This document shows, piece after piece, positions 51,501-64,000 of a stretch of DNA of 64,000 bases (position 1 is its first letter; each line of letters starts with the position of its first letter). Under the pieces are notes generated by a model that was not told the DNA's origin, made no database searches, and saw only the letters and a program-made list of their open reading frames with translations. This stretch comes from Camelus ferus (lineage: Eukaryota). The stretch is from contig NC_045697.1 of NCBI RefSeq assembly GCF_009834535.1, forward strand, positions 92,320,001 to 92,384,000. The letters are read 5' to 3'. The translations under genes were made by a program, and so were the position numbers.

Positions 51501-54500
51501 ATTTTTTGTTTGTTTCAAAAACTTTTTTCAACTGGATGCATCTTATTCAATGAGAAATTTGATTGGTATTTTAAAATGTTTCTTTCTTTGGAAAGAAAGA
51601 GGGAATCTAAGTATATGTTAGTTTGTAATGTTTCTGTTAACACTTACATTAGTTTTATCCACTTGGATGTTTCATATATTGTTTTCTTTAAAAATATGAG
51701 TAGAAATCTGTCCTTGCATAATTCCAAGCACTTTAGTAAAGAGACTCTTTAGGAGAGTGGATGATTTACAAGAGGAAATGTTAGCTTGAGTCATCTTTTT
51801 TTGCTCAGTCTCAGGGCGGCTTTGCTTTCTCATATGGGTGGTCCACTGAACAGAGTTTCATAGAGTTCTCCACTGATATGGAAGTCAGTGACATTATGTA
51901 GTAACTGCATCTACAGATGATAAATAATGCCAGACTCCATGCTATCTTTATATGTCTTTTTGGAGCACAGACTAACCTTTAAAGCTGTAAGTTACAATTT
52001 CCCACTGTGTATGCGCTGCTAACAATGGGATGGTTCGTTCCCCTGTTTTCAGTGGAACTAACCACAAATCTAAAGTTCAGAGGAAAGAGATGGGGACTCC
52101 TGCTTTGAAGCTGCATTCCACTTTCCCTCACTACCCCCTTTTAAAATCTTACATGTAGTTACATCTTAGAGTACTGTGGTTTGTTACACATTGCTGAACA
52201 TCTAATGCCCAGGTTAAGGTAAACACGATCCTTTATAATCCTTTCCCAGTCCCTTTTGATTTAATACTGCTGCACGACTCTAAGTGAGAGCAGAGGGGTC
52301 AGTGAAGCTGCTTCAGCTTAATTGTTGTTGGCATTCTTTTTTTCTTGGGGCTTTGATGGGATGTTTCTCTTTTTTTTTTAAAGCTGTAAAACTGCCTTAA
52401 ATTCTCATACGCTTTGTAGGAATGTTTGCATTAATTTGAGAGCCTGGATTTTTTTTTCCCCTGAATTAACTCCTAAAAAGGGAATGATAATCAGTTGTGG
52501 GAATACTTGGTAAGTATCAGAGCCCCAGGAGCTATCATTATAATTTTTAAATGTCACAGGCTACTTCTGAGAATATGTGTAAAGTCATATGTATACATAT
52601 ATGTATTTATGTATTGCAATGTTATAAGGCATATATAATATATAAAGATAACAAACTTATAAAATATGTGTTATAATATGCTTTATATAGTAATATGTAA
52701 ATAATATATATTAGGTATTTTAAATATATATATAGAATGCATTTATATATATATTATGTAAAATAGAATTTCAATATATAATCAGAAGTTTTATTTTGTG
52801 TTTGTTGAAACAATTTGTTGGCTTGGATTCAATAATATAAGTAACTTCTTATGTGATAGATTTTAAAAACATTTTCAGCAAAATGGGTGAAAGACTTCAA
52901 TCTAGTATGTATGCATTTCAGAAAAATAAGGAAATATTCTAGTAGCATGACTCAGTATTAAACAAGAACACATCCTTCTTCCAACTTAAGTTTCTGTTAG
53001 GCTCAGTCCAAAAAATGGCAGAAGACATAACTTTCTAAATAATAGAAGATGCATTAGGACATGTCTTTAGTGTACTTGACTATAAACTGTGCTAACTATG
53101 GAAATATGTAAGAAAATGTTGCTGTATTTTTTTAACACTTTGCTGGCAATTCTCATGTACTATACATAGGAATACTTCTGATAATTTTAGCGCCTACTTG
53201 ATTTAAAGGTGGAATTTAGCTCTTAAATTATCCTGTTATCCATACTAGAATCAAATCATTTGGTGTATATGATTTTACTTAGAACAGTAATTCAAAATGT
53301 GTGTTGAATTAAGGAGCAACTTGTATTGACACCTCCTAACTAGGAGTGTCTTTATTCAGAATAGTATGAAAGTTGATACTCTGTTTTTCCTATAAGTCTT
53401 GTTGCCTACAGTAAAACATTCATTCACTGTAAGCCTAAATTTGCAGCTCCACTTAGAAACATACTTCTTCAAAAGAGGCCGATGACTTTCTGAAGTATAT
53501 TTTAAAACAATTATTTATATAAATAAAAAGTATGCCCTCTTATCACCAGTCTGTGAAAAAACTGTCATGTAGATTTCCTTTAAATATCCAGATTGCTATA
53601 GGGTCACCTTAAGTTTCTTAAACACTCCTTAGCAGCAGATGTTCAATCCTCTGCTCAGGTGTTAGCCCTACTCCCTTAGCCAAGCCTTTTTACTGCAGTT
53701 CTTTCCTTGTATCATACTCAGTTATTTTGGGATTCAGTCAGACCCTTTTACCCTACAAGCTAGGAGAGCTTCAATGTTTAGCAATGAGATTTTGTTTCTT
53801 TTAGACAGCTTTCTCCAGGGGCCAAAGTCAGTTCCAGGAGCACTGGATGAGAAATGCTTCTGGATTTTGTCACTTCACAGAACTTAAACTCTCCCTTACT
53901 CCAAACTTCCAGTGAACACAATCCCCAGGAGCTGGTTCATCTTTCTTTTAAAATTTTTAATGAAAAATGTGATGATGTAGAATTTTGGTTTTTTCTTATT
54001 TGTTTGTTTTTGAGGGTGTGTGACAACCTCCAGTGTAAGAAGTATCTAAAAATATTGACGTTGCAAAGATACCCCTAAAATTCAAAGGCAACTAATGTAC
54101 TTTCTGAACTAATGAAAGAGAGATGTTTTTATTAAAGCTTTAACCTTCAGATTTATTTCTTCAGAATAATAGACCATCCAGGAGAAATCAGTATTGGAAA
54201 ATGACAGAGCTGCTGGAATGTGTTCAAATACTGGTGTAACGTAGGCACTTGATGTAACAGAAAAATGATTTATCCTAGTATTTTAAATAATAACCTTTAA
54301 GTTATGTCTTTTATTTTGGAATGATAATGCAAAGACTTTTTGAAATATTGCAAATAATACCTGAAATGTGACAGGTCTATATGACAAGGTCAAGAAGCTC
54401 AACTTAATTTAACAGAATGAGTAAATAGTCATATTTTTTAATGTTGAATTTTACATTGAAAATACAAGTTAGGTGGGTTCTGTGTCCTGGGTTCATTGAT

Positions 54501-54945
54501 AATCATGTAAAATAAGATTATATGTATAATCTTAAAGATATCTTGGTGTTTTTGGCTTTTGTTGATTTTGGAAGTTGTGGTTATATTTGTGCATTTCATC
54601 TTTATCATATTGATTTAAAGAAAAATCAGTTAAAATTTACTTATTTAGGTAGCTTTACCTCATCTGCATAAAAAGATACTCTTTGGGGAATAAACTATTT
54701 TAAAATAATTTCAAAATTACATAAAAGTTCAAAGTGAGTATGTAGAACTATTCTGTCTTTCAACCATATTCTCCAGTTATTAAGTTTACCGTCTTTACTT
54801 TATCACTCTTTTTCTCTCTCCTTCAGTCTTTCCATCTCTTTCCCCCTCTATTCTCAACTCTATGATCTCTATCTCTGTGTATCTCCCTTTCCTCTGGTAC
54901 ACCTAAAACTCTCAGATGTTTAGGGATATTGAGAGATGAGAGAGA

Positions 54946-55475
54946 CAGATTTTCCACATAGATGGTCATGCCATTTGTGAATAAAGATAGTTTTATATCT
55001 TTCTTTCCAGTCTCTATATCCTCCATTTCTTTTCTTTTTTTCTTTTTTTTGGGGGGGGGGATCTCATTACATTATCTAAAGTTCCAGTATGATGTTGAAA
55101 GGGAGTGATGAGAGGTATTATTTTTGCCTTGTACCTGACCTTAGTGGGAAAACTTTGAGTTTCTTACCATTAAGTATGATGTTAGCTGTATTTTTTTGTA
55201 GGTATTCTCTATCAAATTGAAAAAGTTCCCCTCTGTTTTTAGTTTACCAAGAGGTTTTATCATGAATTGATGTTGAATTTTGTCAAATGCTTTTTCTGCA
55301 TCTGTTCGTATGATAATGTGATTTGTCTTCCTCAGTCTGTTGATGTGATGGATTATATTAATTGATTTTCAGATTTTGAATGGCCTTGAATGCCTGAGAT
55401 AAATCCTACTTGGTTATGGTGTATAATTCTTTTTATACATTGTTGGATTCAATTTGCTAATATTTTGTTAAAGAC
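54946..55475 (-). mobile_element. Old L1 ORF2 reverse-transcriptase fragment
   Basis: IKLSLFTNGMTIYVEN (decayed LSLFADDMI.Y.EN) and antisense DAEKAFDKIQH motif (tgttgaattttgtcaaatgctttttctgcatc). Confidence 0.88.
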
Positions 55476-56689
55476 CTCACTTAATTTTCAATCTCTATTT
55501 AAAAAAATATTATGAGGTTAGAGTGTTGATTGATTTAGCTCCTGCATTTAAACTTGAGCAGGCTCTAGGTCTTCTCTGGTTACTTTTGAGTAATGAAAAT
55601 GTCTATGATTACTTTGTTGCAAAACAGTCCTATTGCAGTAGTCTAAGTGTTTGTTACTGTGTAGTAATCACAACTGTAAACATGGATTAAAAGTGAGTTT
55701 TCTCTGATCTTTAGGTCTTCGCAATGGGTAGTCCGAAATCAAGAAGGAGATAGGAATCCATGGTCTGATCATTTTCCTTTTCTCACCAATCACGTTTATT
55801 TCTTGCCTCCATATTGCTACCTGCAATCTGTAAGTTTATTAAGTTTATATCAAAGAAAAGTTGGAGCAAGGTTTAAACGGGTTGGTGTGGGTCAAGCAGA
55901 GAAGAAAAGTTTTTACTCAATGGGTATTGTACTAGTGGTCTAGCATCAGTGTGCTCAGATCTTAAAAAATATTTGCAGCTCATTATGTAAGTCATGAATA
56001 TATTAATGAATTTTTTGGAAATATTCATTATGAAGATTCTTTGTTAAATGCCTTTGTTGTTTTAATCATGGTTATTTAAAAATCTCTATTTCTCTTAACA
56101 GCTGTGTCATACCTGAACTATTTCTTGGCAATGTGTTATTTATCTTGCTTTTCTTGTATACCTTGAAAGTTGTTTTTTGGAAAGTCAGACATCAAGTGTA
56201 GGATAGCAGAATTGGAGATAAGTAGTTTTAATGCCTAAAATGGCATGATTTCTCTCTGCTAGACCTTTAATTTGAGTTTTTGAGTTGATTTAGTCAGGAG
56301 TTGCCAAATTGCTAGTGCCTCTAGCCACTTGCTGTAAGCAAATGTTAACTGTTTCTGGAAAAGGATAATATACTCTTAGGTCTTGAATTACTTCTATACT
56401 TTTTCAAATGCAGTATCCTGACAATGAAAAATTATCAAGTGAATAGCAAGACTACATGAGCAACCAAAAGAAGAAACATTCTCAAGCAAAACCTGCCCAG
56501 AGGGACTCCAGATATTTGAATTATCAGAGACTTTAACTATACTTTCTCTGCTCACAGAAATGAAATATAATTTGATAAGGGATTAGAAAAGAAAACACCA
56601 AAAAAGACACAAAATACATTTGAGGAATAAGAAATGAAGTAATTCCAAAACTAAAAACAAACAAACAGAAGAACAAAAACAGTAACTGA

Positions 56690-57120
56690 GTGGATTATAC
56701 CAGTTCCAGTGAACACACCCAGTACCCAGATTTTGGTTTCTAGTGTCATGCTTCTGTAAAAGGAACCAAGGTACCCTGAAGAAATGGCTATTCTCAAAAT
56801 GAAACATGAAATATACAAGAGGATACTGGAACAACTTGTAGTGCCAGAAAATAAGGAGGTAAAATAACAAATGCTTTGATGGGATATGTGAAAGGCACAA
56901 AGGAACCAAATGAAAGGGATACTAATAACCAAAACTAGAACAATTTGAGCAGCAAAATAGAAAAAAATAGTGTTTTATTAAAACTCAATGTATAAATATT
57001 TATGATTTCATACTGATATAAATGTATGATTGAATAAAATAAAAAATAAGGAAAAGAGATACATTTCTCATCCAGAATTCTGAATAATTGATGTAGATCC
57101 TCTGCCCTAAAGGGAGACCA
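56690..57120 (+). mobile_element. L1MC/L1MD-type 3'UTR fragment
   Basis: gaacacacccagtacccagattttggtttcta, cttgtagtgccagaaaataaggagg, aacaatttgagcagcaaaat. Inverted homology to 12400-12860. Confidence 0.75.
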
Positions 57121-57479
57121 AAATATAAACCATACAAATTGACTTTTTGTATGTGTGCATAGCTGTGTGTGTGTGTGTCTGTATGTGTGCGTGCGCACAG
57201 ATGAATATTTCAAATACCTTGGAAAAGTTCAAATAATTGTGGGACATCATTTCTTATTAAAAACAATATACATAATTAAATATAATTATGGAAACTTGAA
57301 AATCTCTTTGTTCTTTAAATATTCTACTTAGAGAAAAGTTGGGTGCCTGTCTCAGTTCCAACAATAGCTGTACAGCACTGGTAACTGCTTTACATGCACC
57401 CATACGTGGGGAACTGTCAAAACCATCATCCTTTGAAATGTTTTACTCCTCCTCATGCTATTATTCTTTTTATCTATTT

Positions 57480-58730
57480 TTATTCTTTTTAGAGTAATAA
57501 ATGCTCATAGATTAAAAAGTCAACCAGTACTATAAATCTCTAATAAAATATTAGAACTCTATTGTCTCATATGTCATTCTGTCTGATTCCCGACAAATGT
57601 TTTCACCTTTTTTAAAGAAGTTTTGTTTATTTCTGCATTTGTAAATTATATATTTTGCTACTGGTTTTGAAGTATCAACCTCAGACATTGTCTCACATTA
57701 TGAAAAGTAAAGAATTCTCTCTCTTAATTACTATTCTTGCTCCCTTCCTCCCCCTTCTAAATTAATGTTTATGATTTTTTATTTAATCAGTATCCATGCA
57801 TCATGATAAAGTATGTAAATATGGTAAGCATTTATCATGATTGCATTTCCTTTCTTCTTTTCCTATAGATAGTAATCACTTTTTAAAAATGATGTATTTT
57901 TTGATGTATCTATTACATAATTTCCTAAACTTAAGACTGCTGCAGAACTGTCATGCTGAGAATTCTCTTCACTTCGTACTAGATTTCTCTTTGTGATTCT
58001 CCTATGGTAAACACTCTATTTTCTGGATCCCATGTCTTTTTCCTTTCCTTTCCTTTCTATTCTTAACACTTGGGAAACATATGTTTTCGTTGCTTCTTGA
58101 GATGAGGTATAAGGTCAGTATTAAATTTTTCAGAACTGTCTATCACTTTGAAAATATCTTTCTTCTGTGCTCTCTCCATACAGTTTGTCAAGTTCCAGAA
58201 TTTTTAGGTTGAAATCGTTTTTCTCAGAATTTTGATGGCTTTGTTTTGTTGTTTTCAACTTTCCAGTGTTAGAGAATTCTGATGTCATTTGTATCAAATT
58301 CCTTTCTATGTGATTTGTTTTATTATTTTTTAACAACCTTAGAATTTTTTCTTATCCCTGGTATTTAAGTTTTCATTAAAATGTGCACTTTGTAGAGCTT
58401 TTAAAATTTTTTCCTAGGTATTTAATGAGTTATTTCATTCAATTTCTGAAAATATTTTTGAATAATTTTTGGTAGCTTCTTCTCCATTTATTTTTTAATC
58501 TAAATTCTTACTACTGATGTGTTAAACTTCATATATTAATCCTTTAACATTTCCTTCTATTATCCATCTTTTCCCTTTTTGTTCCACTGTTTGGGAGATT
58601 TTCTCAACTTTAGCTATGTTTCTGTACTTTTATTTTACTATAATATATACTTTATTTCTACAAACTCTTTTTCCCTAGCTTCACAATTTTAATTGCATCT
58701 TTTCCTATTTCCAAGGATGCATATGTACTC
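57480..58730 (-). mobile_element. Ancient HAL1/L1ME-like fragment
   Basis: 3' end agtaataaatgctcatagattaaaaagtcaaccagtactataa. ORF1 CTD-like relic (HQNSEKNDFNLKILELDKL) about 0.7 kb upstream, with no ORF2 in between. Confidence 0.55.
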
Positions 58731-58814
58731 TGCTGTAGTAATGAACAGATCAGCTCCTTATCAGCATTCTCTACTTCAGTCTGCTAAATCTTTCACCATC
58801 CACTTAAAAAAAGA

Positions 58815-59969
58815 TCAATAGACTATATTTTAGAGCAGTTTTAGGTTCATAGCAGAACAGTGAATAGTACTAAGAGTTTACATATAACCCCTCCACCCAC
58901 CCTGCCACAGTTTCTTATTATTAACAAGTTACATCAGTATGGTTATAACATTTATTGTAATCAATGAATCAACATTGACACATCATTACCAACTGAAGTC
59001 TACAATTTACGTTAGAGTTCATCTTGGTATTGTACATTCTCTGAGTTTTCAAAGATGTGTAATAAGTAGTATCCACTATGTTCTTACCATATAGTTTCAC
59101 TGCCCTAGAAATCTCCTGTGCTCCACCTATTCATCCCTCTTTCTGAAAACCACCGATCTTTTTTACAGCCTCAGTAGTTTTGCCCTTTCTACAGTATCAC
59201 ATAGTTGGAATCATAATCATATGTAGCCTTTTAAGATTGGCTTCTTTCATTTAAAAATATGCCGTTAAGTTTTCTCCTTTTGTGTGTGTGTGGTTTGATA
59301 ACATTTATTTTTAGAGCTGAATAATATTTAGTTGTATGAATGTATTATAGTTAATTTATTCACCCATTAAAGGGTATCTTGGTTGCTTGTAACTTTTGGC
59401 AATTATGAATAAAGCTGCTATTAACATTCATGTGCAGTTTTTTGTGTCGACATAAATTTTCAACTCTTTAGTAATTAACAAAGAGCATGACTGTTGGACT
59501 GTTTGATAAGAGCATGTTTAAGTTTTTGAAGAAACTATAGAACTGACTTCCAGAATTGCTGTACTGCTTTTCACTTCCACCAGCAGTGAATTGGAGTTCC
59601 TGTTGCTCCATATCTTCACCAGCATTTGATGTTACAGCGTTTAGGATTTTAGCCATTCTGTAGTGGTATCTTACGGTTTTGAATTTTTAATTCCCTAATT
59701 ACAACTGATATTAAATATCTTTTCATATGCTTAGCTGCTAACTGAATGTCTTCTTTGGTAAAGTGTCTGATTTTTGCCCATTTTGAGGGGGCAAAAGGTC
59801 TTTTGCCCATTTTTTAGCTAGGTTACTTGTTTTATTATCACTCGTAAAATCTTTAAGAAACCGTTTTTTAAACTCTTGAGTTTTGAGTTCTTTGTAGATT
59901 TTGGATATGTCTTTATCAGGTATGTCTGTGGCTTGTCTTATTCTCTTGATAGTGTCTTTTGCAGAGCAG
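58815..59969 (-). mobile_element. L1MC1/L1MB-type 3' fragment (ORF2 tail plus 3'UTR)
   Basis: ttttagagcagttttaggttcatagc, atagtttcactgccctagaaatc, ttttggcaattatgaataaagctgctattaacattc. Relic peptides SNAGEDMEQQEL and AKDTIKR. Confidence 0.85.
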
Positions 59970-61924
59970 CTCCATCTAAAATATATTGACTTTTCATCAC
60001 CACAAAATATATTGACTTCCTCCATTTTCTTTGATACTGTAAGATACCTATCTAATGCTATATTCATATTTATATCTGTATCTGTATCTACATAGAGAGA
60101 TTTACATATGCTATATATAGATCTATATATACATATATATTTTTTAATTTATCATTTTTAATCTTTAGTCCTGATAACCCAGTTTAAAATTCTTTCCCTT
60201 CCCATCATCATTCACAATATCACATTTATTGTCCTGTTTTCTTTATAACATTTTTCACTGTCCAACTACTTTTGTTTATTATTATATCAGCCTCAGTGAG
60301 AGCAAGGGTTTTGTTTCTCTTGCACATATAAGCAAACCTGCCATATTTGGTCACTCAGTATATACTTCTTGGATTAGTGAATGTAGAGACAGTTTTCCAA
60401 ATGCACATACTATTATATCATTTTATGAAAGTTGTTCTTTTTTTTTGTCCTCTGAAATTGTGATGTGCCATTTTTCATAATCTAATCTAAATAGAAGATA
60501 AATCTTGCTAATTATTAAATTGAGATTGAGTATCAACTTTATCACTGGTGATATAGTGAAAATAATAAATATTAAATTTTTATTGAAAGAAAAACATTAT
60601 TTGCATTTATTCAACAAATATTTTATGCACAGAAGTAGGATAATGGTGAGAGGGTTTTATAATATAATCAGGCATATTACTTGTCATTAAAAAGCTCATT
60701 AAGCATAGAGAAATAATAATGCATACATAAATATGTCTAGAATATAAAGGAAATTTTTTTTATCATAATCTCATGATACATAAATTGTAATGGCATTCAG
60801 AAATAAGTCTTTCACACATGATTTGTTCTTGATAAATTCCACTAAAATGTGTACTTGCTAAAAAAATATATTGCACCTTACTGGTTTCACTGTTTCACTG
60901 TTTTAAATTTGAGTACAAGCAAATACTTTAAGTGGTTTACATACATTGACAGGATTAAAGTAGCCTTGGTTCTGTTTCTTTGTATTTATAATTGTTGTGC
61001 TGTTACTTATTTTAAATATAGTGCTTATGTTCAAGAATATTAGTATCACTGCAAAGAAGCAAGCTTAACCATACTGAATGGGAACAGGTGTGTTCTTGAA
61101 AATGAACACAGTTGAGTTCAGAGTGCCCCTGGCTGACTACATAACTACAAGTTATCTGAATTAACTTCTGTGTAGAAACTGATGTTCATTAGAGGATAAG
61201 TAAAAAGTGTTATTTTGAAGCTACATATATATTATTAAAACTCAACCATAATTTCTGCAACTGTTTAGAACTTAGATGAACAAAAACTTTGTTTTACAAT
61301 TTTCACTGTAGAGAAATGTTTTATTTCTGACATCATTTAGAATTGCTTGAGTGATAATAAATAACAGAGACTTTTATTAAGTTTTATTATAGATAACACA
61401 CCTGCCATTCCTCCTCATGCATTATCCCTCATTGCCTACATCCAAAGTAGACTGCTACAATCACCTGCCCTTAGTATGCCATTGAACTTAGTGTAGGTGA
61501 AGAGAACAGACGAAATCAGAAAAATATTTTGAAAATATTAAAATCTGGTAGGGAGAATGATTGTATTAAGGCTTGTAATATTGTCATGTTTTCAGTAGGC
61601 ATAGGGAGATAATAAAAGCTTTTGAGGAGGGCAGTACCTAGTTGTGGCTTTAAAAGATATATCTGATAGCAATATGTGGGTTATGATGGATAGAGAGATT
61701 CTAAAGACAAAAAATTAGATGTGGAGAAAAAAATAATTAAAGCATGATGAGAAATGAGTATGAATGAGGACAGACTAAGCTGTTAACACTAGGGATAAAC
61801 ACAAACTTACGATACTGATAATAGGAATGAATAGAAGGTCACTAATATAAGGTGGAAGAAGGAATATATGGATTATATATAAATGATGACATTTTATATA
61901 GCATTACCTCCCTTTTTATAGCTA

Positions 61925-62030
61925 CTTGATTGGTTGATAAGGCAAATATATTGAACTTTGTGTATCTGGACTTTAGTAGACCATTTGACATTTCTTATGA
62001 TAGCTTTCTGGATAAGACAGAAAACTTGAA
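61925..62030 (+). mobile_element. CR1/L3 RT fragment
   Basis: gtg tat ctg gac ttt agt aga cca ttt gac = VYLDFSRPFD, versus the CR1 RT motif VYLDFSKAFD. Confidence 0.7.
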
Positions 62031-63689
62031 GCAGGGCCACTTTTCTTTTGAAACACCTTTCAATATGAAGACTAATTAATTACTTGCTCAAATAAAATGA
62101 TAAAATTTTCCAAAACAGTGATATCAGAAAAACACTAGTACAATCAGACTTCTATCCTAGAATTTTAATAATAAAAGTATTTCGAGTAAAGACAGACTTC
62201 CATAATATGAAAACCTAATGCTTTTTGGTGTAAATCTAAATATTGTGGTTGTGAAAGAAAAGGTCAAGATATTTAGAGAATCTGAGGTGTTATCAATAAA
62301 TTATCTAATGAGCTCACTCAATCAAAATATATCATAAAACAGAAATCAAATTTAGATGACCTATAAGAAGCGTGGCATTGATTCTAAAGTCCAAGATGAA
62401 TGGAGGCTTGACAGAATGAAGAGAAAGGGTGGGTATTTTGACTTTTGTCTTCTAACTTCATTCTGCTTAGTGTGTAATCCTTCAGGCTATACGTTTGTTC
62501 AATAATGATCTAATCTCTATGGCTAGGGGAAATTATTCCCAGCCAGTGCAACACATCAATTCATGCTTTTGACAAATTTCAGTAACTCCAGGGAAGAGTA
62601 GAGTTGCATGTTATTGACATTATCATTAGTCATTTAGAAATGTCTCAGTCAAGGGTGTCATTATCTAAGAATACACAAATAGACCAGTGACCTATGATCT
62701 TTTCCAAATCAAACTGCATGTACCTCAATCTTTATAAAACCATGCCCTTCTGTTTCTTTCCCTATCCTGACTACTATATAGCTGGCAGATTTCAGCTATT
62801 TAACTTGTTCGTGTTATTTCCCATTTAGCATTCATATATGTAGATTCAAGATTTTGGAAATGTTTATATTTTTGTCTTTTAGTGTATTCATTTATTTGTA
62901 GTATTCATGCTACCGTAAGATTTATTGCACCCATATTTCATACAAAACTTTGGTTCAGTGCTTTGGAATATCCAAATGGAAAATAATGGACCTCACTCAC
63001 CCTTACTGAGATTTAAGTATATTTGAAGTGAGAAATATATACAAGACAATCATATAATTCCAGGTGAATGGTGAAAAGATCCATAAGAAAGGTACAGACA
63101 AATTGACATAGGAGTTCAGATGTAATCAAGAGACAACTTTTGAAATAAAATGTGTAATATTTGAGAATAAAACAGTTTATTTTACATTTTAACTGTAGTC
63201 TGGAAGGGAGATTCAAAACAAATCGATGATTGCCTTTTTATCACCTTTAAACTTTTGACACAAAATACCTACATTTTGAGGATTGGTATTTTAAATTTAC
63301 TGAGAAGGAAATAAATACCTTACAATGAGTAGATTGTAAAAAAAAATTTGTTTTAATGAAATGGAATCTCAATTTTTATACCTTTTAGGAGATTATACAT
63401 CAAAAAAAACAAAACAAAACAAAACGTGATTTATTTAGGAGTCATTGATTCATGGGTTTAGATCACTTTTATATGCATTGGTAATGCATTTTAAAATATT
63501 CACAATTAGCAATGAATTACTAATAGTAAACCCAGTGAATACTATTCCTCAATTTTTATGTGATTTGTCTTTTTAATTTTTAAATGTTATTTTCTTCAGT
63601 TTTTTTCCTGTATTGATGTCCATTTTCTAAGAAACATTTATTTCTCTTCCTCCTCTCTACCACTTCATCTTGTTATGTTGTTCTAGAAT

Positions 63690-64000
63690 TTCTGTCTCTG
63701 TATTCCAAATATCTGGGAAGTCCTGAGTTTCCCAGCCTCAGCATCCTTTTCTTGCTTTCAGCTCTCCTGGATACTTCACTGACTTTCGTATTTATGCTCA
63801 CTATTGATGAATTCAAACTCAATATGTCTAAAAAGAAACTCACTTTTAACAATTAACAAATCTACTCCTCCCACAGAATTTTAAATCTCTATTAATGGCC
63901 TCACAATGTCATCAGTAACCTAAACTAGAAATCAGGATTTAATCCAAAAGCATCATCTCCTAATTTTCCACATTTACTTACTCACCAGCTTTGTTGATAT
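63690..64000 (+). mobile_element. L2 fragment
   Basis: tcaaactcaatatgtctaaaaagaaactc and cagtaacctaaactagaaatcagga are L2 ORF2 3' motifs. Confidence 0.6.

Noticed and set aside
63001..63199. Minus-strand pseudo-exon (CTCCCTTCCAG acceptor, AGG|GTGAGT donor)
   Set aside because: Very AT-rich, the long frame stops inside it and there is no other support; consistent with chance.
1..64000. Minus-strand excess of L1 fragments as evidence of an intron of a plus-strand gene
   Set aside because: Few elements, several MaLR LTRs point the other way, and no host exon was identified.
1..64000. Prokaryotic-type systems (CRISPR arrays, operons, defence islands)
   Set aside because: The sequence is mammalian repeat-rich DNA with no regularly spaced repeat-spacer array or gene-dense region.

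Overview
AT-rich eutherian non-coding DNA, most likely camelid (inferred from a tRNA-Ala-derived SINE resembling the Vic-1 family). I could not support any host protein-coding gene. The window is a mosaic of transposable elements: L1, ancient HAL1-like relics, L2, MIR, CR1/L3, ERV1/ERVL/MaLR solo LTRs and a MER5-like DNA transposon. The stand-out feature is a young ~3.1 kb minus-strand ORF1-only L1 derivative (15989-19083), a 'half-L1' (HAL1)-like non-autonomous retrotransposon. It has a perfect 14-bp target-site duplication, a complete CpG-rich 5'UTR with a YY1 site and a 299-codon ORF1 broken by one TGA. Its inter-ORF spacer is fused directly to the last ~120 codons of ORF2, so endonuclease and RT are absent. 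The fusion point coincides with a CAG that could be a splice acceptor. Subfamily names of old repeats are from memory of consensus sequences and need RepeatMasker/Dfam confirmation; their boundaries are approximate.
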